Source of the DNA: Antedon mediterranea
Lineage: Eukaryota > Animalia > Echinodermata
Length of the DNA stretch: 64,000 bases
NCBI RefSeq assembly: GCF_964355755.1
Contig: NC_092670.1
Coordinates: 25,778,795-25,842,794, forward strand
Direction: 5' to 3'
In this document: piece by piece, positions 11,835-22,600 of the stretch
Layout: each line of letters opens with the position of its first letter
Numbering within the stretch: the stretch's first letter is position 1
Notes under the pieces: generated by a model
The model's input: only the letters and a program-made list of their open reading frames with translations
Told to the model about the DNA's origin: nothing
The model's database searches: none
Program-made: the position numbers and the translations under genes

Positions 11835-13185
11835 TTCTGGGGTTTTTCCTTCATCTTGGAAACACGCTAATATTGTCCCAATTCACAAGAGTGGTCCCAA
11901 AAAACTAATCTGTAACTATCGTCCTATTTCGTTATTGCCGACTATGTCTAAGATTTTTGAGCGCATTGTGCATGATGGTTTGTCATCACATGTTGCTAAT
12001 GCTTTAAGTCCTAGGCAGCATGGTTTTGTCTCTGGGAGATCATGTCAAACCAACCTCGCACTGCTTCTTGCTACATCATACGATGCAATTAACAGCAAGA
12101 AGCAGTGCGATGTGATTTACACTGATTTCTCTAAGGCTTTTGATTCCGTTTCCCATGATTTGCTTATTTTTAAACTTTCAAAATTTGGTTTATCTGGTTC
12201 ACTGTTAAGTTGGTTTAAAAGCTATTTAACTAATAGACAACAGCGTGTTGTCATTGGGGGAGAGACATCTGATTGGCTCCCTGTGTTATCGGGCGTTCCG
12301 CAGGGCTCGATCCTGGGCCCGCTTTTGTTTAATTTATTTATCAACGATCTTCCTTTAAAATTTAATCATTCCGAGTCTCTTTTATTTGCTGACGATCTGA
12401 AATTGTTTAAAGTGATTACCACTCCACAGGATGCTTTTTCACTTCAGGAGGATCTGGATGGTCTCGTGGAATGGACGGAGAAGTGGGGGATAAAACTTAA
12501 TGCTAATAAATGCAAATATTTATCTATAACACTTAAAAAAAGGCCTGTGCTCTTCAATTATAATCTGAGTGGACATGATCTTGAGATGGTTTATGTATGG
12601 AAAGATTTAGGTATTTTTATTGATAGTAAATTAAATTTTTGTTCACATATTAATCATGTGTTGTCAAAAGCTAATAGAATGATGGGCTTAATATGGAGAA
12701 ATTGTAGGTTTATGAACGACGGCAGGGCACTTTTATCTTTATACAAATCTATTATACGTCCTCACCTTGAATATTGTTCCGCAATTTTCAATTCAATTTC
12801 TCCATGTCAGGCCCGTCGAATCGACACTGTTCAACGGAAGTTTGTTCGATTCCTGTCTTATAACTGTGTTAATTTTGCCTTTTCCATTGATTCTGTCAGC
12901 AATCGTCGAACGATATCTGATATGGTTTTTTTATATAATATTTTAAATTCTAAATATGACTGTTCATTAATTTCACTATTTAGTTTAAATGTTCCTGGTC
13001 GTACACGAAATAGACATTTATTGCATATTCCTTTTAGCCGTGTCGACTGTACTAAGAGGGGACTTTTTCATAGACTACCTTATACATTTAATAATCTAAA
13101 TAGCAATCATATCGATATTTTTAATGATAGACTTGGTTATTTTAAGAGGACGATGATGTGTTCACTTCTTGAACAGTCTGCATAA
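11815..13185 (+). CDS. LINE ORF2 reverse transcriptase portion
   Basis: 456-aa ORF with the complete set of non-LTR RT motifs, including LFADD. Confidence 0.9.
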   Translation: MFQLSINSGVFPSSWKHANIVPIHKSGPKKLICNYRPISLLPTMSKIFERIVHDGLSSHVANALSPRQHGFVSGRSCQTNLALLLATSYDAINSKKQCDVIYTDFSKAFDSVSHDLLIFKLSKFGLSGSLLSWFKSYLTNRQQRVVIGGETSDWLPVLSGVPQGSILGPLLFNLFINDLPLKFNHSESLLFADDLKLFKVITTPQDAFSLQEDLDGLVEWTEKWGIKLNANKCKYLSITLKKRPVLFNYNLSGHDLEMVYVWKDLGIFIDSKLNFCSHINHVLSKANRMMGLIWRNCRFMNDGRALLSLYKSIIRPHLEYCSAIFNSISPCQARRIDTVQRKFVRFLSYNCVNFAFSIDSVSNRRTISDMVFLYNILNSKYDCSLISLFSLNVPGRTRNRHLLHIPFSRVDCTKRGLFHRLPYTFNNLNSNHIDIFNDRLGYFKRTMMCSLLEQSA

Positions 13186-13498
13186 CCTGTTTTAATTGAA
13201 ATTTTTTATGGCATGCCAATCTATGTTTTATATATATATATATATATTTTATCTGTATTTTATTGTTAACCGTTTTTGATGTTGTATTGTTTTATGTTTC
13301 AAACCTGTTAGTGGCGGTATTTATCGCTGTTGGTTTTGATTGAATAAAATAAAATAAAATAAAATAAAAATACCTCCATGATCAAAACAATCAAGAGAGC
13401 ATACTGCGCGTGCACCGAATCGAGTTTTACGCGAACGCGATACTACTGTCTTAACGCGTAAGAAGAAGGCCCTACGTAAAATATAAACTGTAGCAATT

Positions 13499-13603
13499 AT
13501 GAACGTGTTTTTTATGTTTTCCCTGTCACTGCTGTTTCTAATAATAATATCGCTATTATCAGGGAATGCAAAACATGTAGAAGGAGTTGTTAATTCTTTC
13601 AAG
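13499..13603 (+). CDS. TMEM145: TMEM145-like exon 1 (signal peptide)
   Basis: MNVFFMFSLSLLFLIIISLLSGNAKHVEGVVNSFK followed by the donor gtacag. Confidence 0.85.
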
Positions 13604-16600
13604 GTACAGTATAGGCCTAAACCTATTTAGTATTATTAAATAGGCTATCCCTAAGGCATCAGGCCTAGGCCTAGGCCTAGCTAGGTAGGGCTAGGCATAG
13701 CCTATAGGCGGCTAGGGCGCCTAGGCCTAGTTAGGCCCTATCTATACTATTACTATAGGCCTACTACACTAGGCCTAGGCTAGCCTAGGCCTAGAGAGAG
13801 GCACTCTAATATGGTGTTCACATAATGTCCGACACACATATTGATCAAAGTAAAATGGCTGATTTTTTAACAACTATGAGACAATGTTTTTATTTATTAT
13901 ATCTGTTTGTTTCATTGATATTTAAGTGAAAATAATCTTGTTTAACTGTGTTTTTAGTATTATAATATTATTATTAACGAGCCACCGGCACCTGCTTCGA
14001 GGCGGCATTTTAGCCTCTCAGAAAATAATTTTAAACTAGGCCTAGTAGAAGCCACCATAGCAAAAGTTATAAATTACTAATTAATACTGGTTGATAGGTG
14101 ACGTGAGCAATTTAAAAGTATTTATTGCAAAAAAATTTAACATGTTTAATATTGAAGTTTTTCATGTCCTGTTTAATATGTCCAAAAATTTTCCACTCCA
14201 AAACCTATTAAAAATTATTGTTTTAACGACATCTTTTTATTTAAAGTGAGGACCAATATGATTATGACTACAGTAAACTTTATAAGTGCCAACTGGTGGT
14301 TTTATGGTGTTTGGCTATGATAAGACCATTATTTTTTATATTTGGATAAAACGTTTGTTAAAATTCTCTGACAAATTCAATTTTGTTTTACTCAGATGAT
14401 GTTTTGGACATGGTCATGAGTGTTATGCTTGTACATTTTTTTGTGACATGTACTAATGCATAAAATAGCAAATTCAATTCATTGAACATGCTTAATATTA
14501 ACAAGTTTTTTATTATTTATACTTTTTATTCATGTCCAAAAATGGCCACTCCGACACAAATTAACAATCCTTGTTAAAAAAAAAGACAGTTTTTATCATA
14601 CTAAAGCTTAAAAAGTACAAAATGTTAACACTGTACACTTTAGAAGTGCCAACTGGTTGGTTTTAATGTGTTTATGGAATAGTAAGACCATTATTTTTTT
14701 AATATGGATAAAACGTTTGTTAAATTCTCTGACAAATTTAATTTTGTATTACTCAGATGAAGTTTTAGGCGTGGTCCTGAGTGTTATGGTTGTACATTTT
14801 TGTTTTGTGTCAATTGGTGTCATGTACTTATGCATAAAATAGCAAATTGAATTCATTTAGCATGCTTAATATAATAAAAAGTTTTTAATTTATTTATACT
14901 GTTATTCATGTCCAAAAATGTCCACTCTGACACAAATGAACAAAAAAAATGTCTCTGGCGGGATTAGAACCTGCGACCTCTCGCTTGTTTGGGCGATCTC
15001 TCGTTTACAGGGCGAGTATCATACCACTAGGCCACAGAACCATATATGGGCAATTTTTGGACAGTTTATATCATGGTAAAGCTTAAAAAGTACAAAATGT
15101 TAACGCAGTAAGCTGTAGAAGTGGCAATTAGTTGGTTTTATGGTGTCTGTAGCTATATAATACCACCATTTTTTTATTTGAGTCTAATGTTTGCTAATTA
15201 TTCAACATTTATTGTTAAAATTCTCAGACAAATTCAATTTTTCCACTCATATGATGTGTATAAAGCGCGAGTATATTTTTTTAATTGATACTCTGTACTA
15301 GTAATTAAATATTAGCCAAATAAGCAGTGGGGCAATTCCATGGTCACTCGCATTACACATTACAGTCATTTTTGTTAGTCTAAGCTTTGTACTTTCTATA
15401 CTAATTGGATTTTTAAGTCAATGTTTTATATGAACATACTTTAGGTGCAAGTCTTTAATAAAATACTATAAAAACAATTGTATGTCTTTTACTTTGACAA
15501 TGACGCCATTGCGAAATTCTGTCACACGCATTACACAAAAAGGACACAACAAAAATTTGATTAGATTTTATAAGAACGTGTCCTTAAACTAAAAATATAT
15601 GAATCAAAAGATCTTATATTTTTAATTGCTGTACTTTTAAAGTATAAAATAGGATAATAAAAAAATTCAACATTACATAGATTTTAAAAATATTTTACAT
15701 TTTAACAAAAAAGTCCCGTCACCCGCATTACTGTCACTCGCATTACCGTAAGAAATGAACTTAGTATTTACTAAGCAAAGCAGAAAGAAAAGTAGACAAT
15801 AATTAAATAATGCCACATTAAACCACCCAAAGAATGTTATATCAATTTTCAAGTAAAAACTTTTATTTTAACTCATTTGGATGAAGTTCTAAAGGACATC
15901 ATCTATTTTTACTAACAGAACATCTTGTTTTTTACAAACACAGTAACTAACAGAACACTTATACGGTCACTAAAAATGAAAATAGAAAATTCAAACAGCC
16001 ATTTTACAAATTATGGAACTCAAAGTTCTTCGCAAACCAGCATCAAGCATTCTTTTTGCCCTGGTAGTGGCTTTAGCAAAGCCATAGCACTTCTAAAAGG
16101 TGATGGCCCGTCTGATGCCAAAGCAGCCTTCTTTGCTCTGAACTAATAGCCACAGGTTTTCTATTAGCAACTTTAAGAGCATCAATCTTCTGCTTCTTCA
16201 AAGCTGGTGGCAGAGCTAGAATTTTCTCTTTTCTTTTACTTTTTTACTTCTTTTCGAAATTTCATTTTGTTTGTTTCTGTATGAGGTGTATTTTCCCTCG
16301 GCTTTCAGTTTTTCTAGGTACTTTCTCTGTCGTTCGGCCATTTCTAAAGGCAGGATGCAAATGTGAATGATATTTTAAAATTATTTTTAAATAATAAGCA
16401 ATTATATATTTTGTTTTTAAAACTACAATGTTTTAGACCTGGTGGTGTAAAGTATGCCTAGTAAATAATAATATATAAATAATAATATATAAATAAATTA
16501 TTATAGCCTAGGCCTATATGCGGTGTTTTCAAATTATAGAATTTGAAATAATTAACACTAACAATATAAGAAAAAAAAACTTAAAAATTGTGATTAAATA

Positions 16601-19600
16601 TAAATGTATACTTATTCTTACCTTCTTATCTTCACAAAAGATTGTACCAAATTTGTTAAATCTCACCAGATTTAGTGTTTTTTATTTAATGAGCTCTTAT
16701 AATGATTGATTTTTCAAATGATTTAACTGCAAAAAGGTCGTTGCTAGGGATTGTGCCCTCAACAAACCTAATGCTATAATATATATTATATAATTATTAT
16801 ACTGTAGTGCCTCCAAATAAGGGCCAAATCACACATTGTATTATGAAATTAATAATTAGAAATACTAATTCTGGGACTAATTCATAACTAATGATAGATT
16901 AATTACTATTTTACTTTACAAAAAAAAGAGTTTTAGTAATGTCACTCGCATTACATTGTCCATTTTTGAACGTCACTCGCATTACATGTCACTCGCATTT
17001 CACTTTTCAATGTCTCAACAATTTTGTATTTACGGGGATTTTTTATTTTTATTTGTCAAATTTTAATTGTTCAAAGTAGTATAGCTAAATTATAAAATTT
17101 CATTAAAAAAAATTATCATCATGATGGTATAAAAAAAAAATCATTTTTTTTGTCACTCGCATTACATACCCTAATATATAACAGAATATACACAGCACTC
17201 CTATATGGGATATTCAACATTTGTAGTTATATCATATTTTCCATACATCTTAAGTGTACTACCGTATTACTTAGACATGTTACTTTATAAATATTGCTTT
17301 GTTGGGAAAATAATAATCAGTTAACGTAATTACCTATTTTTCACACCTAAAAAAAATATATATTCAACATTGAATAAACGTAATTTTTTGGCTGCAAAAA
17401 GTCATAAATGAATTGAAAAAGTTAAAAACCTAGTTCCCACATATTCAAAGAGTAACATAAACACAAATTTTGAGCTGACTAATTAATTTGAATTTTTTTG
17501 GTCATGTCCATGTTTGCATGGAATTGCCCAGTGGCTTTTGTGTTATAATAAAAAATATTGAGATGTTGATTTCCAAATTTTTCAATAAAATTCTTCCAGT
17601 TACTAAATTCCTACTATTACTGTGAAAATGTCCGGATAGTTGTAGCTTTAGAATATTATTTTTCATTAAATATGAACCTGTATGTTTCAAAATTAATTGA
17701 AAAATATGTAAAAAAAGAACTTTGAATGTTTGACCCTGTTAGACACTTGCGGCCTAGGTTACTGTGAAATTGCCCATATATGGTTCTGTGGTCTAGTGGT
17801 ATCATACTCGCCCTGTAAACGAGAGATCGCTCAAACAAGCGAGAGGTGGCAGGTTCGAATCCCGCCAGAGACATTTTTTCATACAACTAAAAAAATACGA
17901 CAAACTTTCGCCAATGATCTATGCTTGACGCGATTGTGAGATCATGTTCCGAATATGAGCACTGTTTCTATAATTTGACAGTATGATTTATATATAATTT
18001 ACACAGTGCTACGCAACACAATTGATTTATATATATCACTACCTAGCCTAGTCAAAGGGCATCCTATTGGTTAACGAAACCGATCAATGTATCAACAGTA
18101 ACATTTTTATTTTTAGAGACAGTAACACAATATTTAAATTGAACGTGATTTTACCAAATACAGAGTTCTTATTCTTAGCTCTCTATTAATGTTGCTCTTT
18201 TGGAGTTCCATAGAAACCAAAATATTGAGTATGCGAGATTCGCAAACAGTACGGCAAGAAAAGAAAAACGTCTGTAAAATCATCAATTTAAAGGATGTAT
18301 TGTAAAACAATGCCTCGCATAAATCCTTGACTTGCCTCGCGTGCCTCGTAATCTTGTTCTTGTTGAGTACTGTATAAGAAATATTTAATTTGATAAATTA
18401 TATAAATGAATATTTTGATATAGGATTTCGTGTTTCTGACCGGATTCGTGTTCCAACCTGGAGAATACGGTGAGATGGATTATACGTTTACATACCAAAC
18501 AGTAAGATTAATTGTCTGTTGTTAATTCAAACAACCTTATTGTCCACAATGGAAATTATTTTGATCATAAAACTCATAATAAAGGCATTACAGTAGTTTT
18601 AGACAAATGTTTTAAAAATATGTTTAAAAAACCCTTGGAAAATCATTTCATTAAAACAACAGTATTGTAAATACCACCGGAACGAATTATGAGAGACGAG
18701 TATTGTCATTTTAAAAATGGATAATGTATTGTTATTCAAAAGAGTTGTTCATAAAGACCGTTGGTTTATGCATGCTCCTCCTCCTAGGCTACCCCTTTTC
18801 ATGAAAAGAAATCAAAGAATGTTCGAACTGTGCGAATAAAGACTAGTGGCACCCGAAAACAGACTTTAATTTAATTTGTATATTTGTAGAGCAAATGTTG
18901 TTATCAGATGCTAATTTTCAATGACGAACCAAATCAGTGGCCGTATATTCAAGAAAATGAAGACTTTCTTGTAACTATGATTTCGACTTGTTTAGTGATT
19001 GATTTATATGCTGCTGTATTTCAACAAATCATTTATCTAATAATGTGCTTTATATGAATAATTTTAGTTCGAGCACATAACACATTTCTCTGTGAATAAA
19101 CTAAAACTGAATAATTGTGTATTGTTTTAGGATTGCATGACGAAGAAATCATTAATTCCGAGCCATTATAATGGTAAAGTTACTCTCAGTACTTCACATA
19201 ACTGTATCATAAGAACAAATTCCGACACAGAAGAAGAGGTAATAGTAAGACTAACATTATTAATATTAATTAGTATACAAATAATTAATGTTTATGAGTG
19301 GAATGTTAAAAAGAATGGCATAAGGTGATGAATGATTACATTACATTAGGCCTACTTGTAGGCCTACCATTCCACGAATATAAAACATTCAGGTCTAGGC
19401 CAAGCAAAGAAAGGCAATGATGATACCATTACGAGACTTTGCCAGGCAACTGAGACTGGTTAGTCTAATTTTGTTTTTCCAATAATTCTACGCCTTGTAG
19501 AGTTGTCCCCATTATTTAATGAAAGTCATTTAAACAGCCTAAAGCTAATTAAAATTTTGGTTTTGTCTAAATTTGTACTGTATCTCTCCAAAAATTCCGT

Positions 19601-22600
19601 CGCGATACGAACGAGTGTTCAATGTTATTGATTTAAGAAAAGGCGAAGCTGTTCAGTTCAGAATTACAGTAACTGTCTTTGTCTATACGCGAAAACATTT
19701 TTTTTTTCATACTACAGTTTTTAACGATCGTTAAATAGTGTTACTATTGAACGCAAGGTGATCCATAATCAAATGACATGAATTTATTTATCATATAATA
19801 TATAAAAGCCAATAGCAACAGTTAAACATCCCATAAGCAAACACAAAAGTATTAAGTATAAATATTATCCAATTACGATGTCGAAATTTTGACTTACTTT
19901 TTCAAATTTCGACAAAACAAAAACAATTTAAAACAATTAAATACAGTGCACATTGACTGCCGTTCAAATCCCAGTCGGCCATCAATGTTTAATGATAGTG
20001 TTCAAAAAATTTAAAATAAGAGGTTGTCTGTTATGGCCTAGTAGCAGAATTGACCTGGCGTGCGTGAACATGAATTATAATGTGCACTGTAATTTTGTGT
20101 TATTTTTAATTTTTTACTATTTCGAAATGGTAAGTCAAAACTTCCACATGGTTATTCGAAATAGCTATGTCGAATTTTAACAAATGTCAAAATGTGAGTC
20201 AGCATAGCTATTAGTCAGAGAGCCCGTAACATATTAGTTCACCCCATACCACCCAGAAAGTTTGACCCCTTAATGCCTTAATGTTGTTAATACTATCAAA
20301 AACATTCCAAAAAAAGGTTGTCAGTCTGACTCCGGTCGTCGGTTATAGTCTCCAGACCCTCTTGAACCAAAATTTGTAAAAACATAGAAGTGTGTCAGGA
20401 CATAACAAAACAAAAAACAAAACTTGACAAAATATCAGGTCGGAAAGGTCAGCCCCCTTTAAAGTTACCCTCTACCAAACACGTTAATTTCACCCCATCT
20501 CACCCATGAACCAATATTAATTTGTACAAACATTATATAGTGTGTCAATAAATAACAAGGCCAACAGCCATTAAGTCACGTGCTACAATGCATAGTGATA
20601 CCGGACCGACAGACCGACAGACAGACAGACCGACCGACTGACATAGTGAACTATACTGACCGAAATTACTGAACATGTTTAAAAATGTTGAAATGTTTAA
20701 AAACATTTATATTTGTTTAATTTACACGTGCGTAGCCTGTCACTTTTGACGTGCTCGTATAACGTAATTTCGAGTTGAAAAGTAAGTCAAGAAAACAGAA
20801 ATCGGGCAAAAAGAGTGCGCAATAACATTTAACGCGCAGTGCGCGCGCAAAAATATGCGCACTCATGGCAATTTTGTAAACGCTTAAAATTGCCTGAAAC
20901 GTACTCTTATTTCATCGAAAATAAATTTTGAAAATTTTAAGCGCGCGTACGCATGCGTTACATGCGCTACGCACGTAATTGTATTGCCATATGATGATTT
21001 ATGCCCTGAAATTTATGAGTACCAACTTTTATTTAATTGTGATTCATGGTTGTGAAGATATGATTACAAATGTGATTTCGTTAAATCGTGCGTAGACCGC
21101 GTAATTTTTTATTGCGCACCGTGAAAACATAACCACATTGATTCCTGGCCATAAGGAATATACTGTGAAAAATTGACCTAGCTAGATTAAACTGATATCA
21201 AGATAAGGTCAGAAAGCGATAAAACGCATAGTGATACCGGACCGACAGACCGACAGACAGACAGACAGACCGACCAACCGACCGACATAGTGAACTATAG
21301 AGTCGCTTCCACGCGACTAAAAATTGTACGCTAATCCCCAACTATTCAGACACACATTCTTTTAGCGTCGTACGCTATAAAACGGTCTAACGCCATGGGT
21401 CTGAACAGCCAATAGGTTTAACCTTTCAATGTTTCCATAGTTTTTAGTCGCGTGGAAGCGACTCTATAGTTCAGTCGGTCGGTTGGTTGGTCTGTCTGTC
21501 TGTCGGTCGGTCTGTCTGTTGGTCGGTCTGTCGGTCCGGTATCACTATGCGTTTTATCGCTTTCTGACCTTATCTTGATATCAGTTTAATCTAGCTAGGT
21601 CAATTTTTCACAGTATATTCCTTATGGCCAGGAATCAATGTGGTTATGTTTTCACGGTGCGCAATAAAAAATTACGCGGTCTACGCACGATTTAACGAAA
21701 TCACGTTTGTAATCATACCTTCACAACCATGAATCACAATTAAATAAAATTTGGTACTCATAAATTTCAGGGCATAAATCATCATAAATGGCAATACAAT
21801 TACGTGCGTAGCGCATGTAACGCATGCGTACGCGCGCTTAAAATTTTCAAAATTTATTTTCGATGAAATAAGAGTACGTTTCAGGCAATTTTAAGCGTTT
21901 ACAAAATTGCCATGAGTGCGCATATTTTTGCGCGCGCACTGCGCGTTAAATGTTATTGCGCACTCTTTTTGCCCGATTTCTGTTTTCTTGACTTACTTTT
22001 CAACTCGAAATTACGTTATACAAGCACATCAAAAGTGACAGGCTACGCACGTGTAAATTAAAAAAATATAAATGTTTTTAAACATTTCAACATTTTTAAA
22101 CATGTTCAGTAATTTCGGTCAGTATAGTTCACTATGTCGGTCGGTCGGTCTGTCTGTCTGTCGGTCTGTCTTGCGGTCTGTCTGTCTGTCTGTCGGTCCG
22201 GTATCACTATGCATTGTAGCACGCGACTTAATGGCTGTTGGCCTTGTTTTTATGGATTTTGATTTTCCATACAATCAGAATGAAGAATTTTTTTTACTGG
22301 ACGGCTGCGTAATTAGCATAGACAAAATTTTTATACAAACATATTGAGTTAATTTTGACGCCAAATTGTTCACAATGTATATATTTATATTAGCTCTAAC
22401 AGATTTTTCTTTTGTAAAATTGACCGGAAACCTCATTTTTAGCAATGTTGATCTTTGATCTAATTAACGGCAGGTTGGAGAGAATTAAAACAAGATTTAA
22501 ATTGTTCCCAAGGTATATATTTAGTCTATATTCAGTCTAACAGAAGATCTTGCTTGAAAATGTCCAGAAGTGTGGTTATTGACCTTTGACATAAATTAAT

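Larger units (their letters stand above)
9896..13369 (+). mobile_element. Near full-length CR1/L2-group non-LTR retrotransposon (leader-2A-APE-RT), two frameshifts
   Basis: APE motifs YQNVRSL, ALTETWL, RGGG, YRPP, GDFN and SDH; RT motifs YRPISLL, QHGF, DFSKAFD, GVPQGSILGP and LFADD; (AAAAT)n tail at 13343-13369. Confidence 0.93.
9885..13380. mobile_element. P-like micro-MITE split by a LINE insertion
   Basis: TIR CATGGAGGTAT (9885-9895) / ATACCTCCATG (13370-13380), with a 7-bp direct repeat ATCAAAA at 9878-9884 and 13381-13387. Confidence 0.7.

Noticed and set aside
14150-15260. Regularly spaced repeats as a possible CRISPR array
   Set aside because: Eukaryotic context, whole units of about 375 bp are repeated with no unique spacers, and there are no cas genes.
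17782-17872. Functional tRNA-Tyr(GTA) with intron
   Set aside because: The CTCGC/GCGAG stem register places TGT, not GTA, at positions 34-36. The body is Pro-like, and the acceptor and T stems have mismatches.
9538-18470. Apparent TIR pair CCGTATTCT / AGAATACGG suggesting one giant DNA transposon
   Set aside because: The right-hand match lies inside TMEM145-like exon 2 (codons GEYG), is only 9 bp long and has no TSD.
22072-22347. 91-aa ORF with SVGLSVCR repeats
   Set aside because: It is a translation of the HINE microsatellite.
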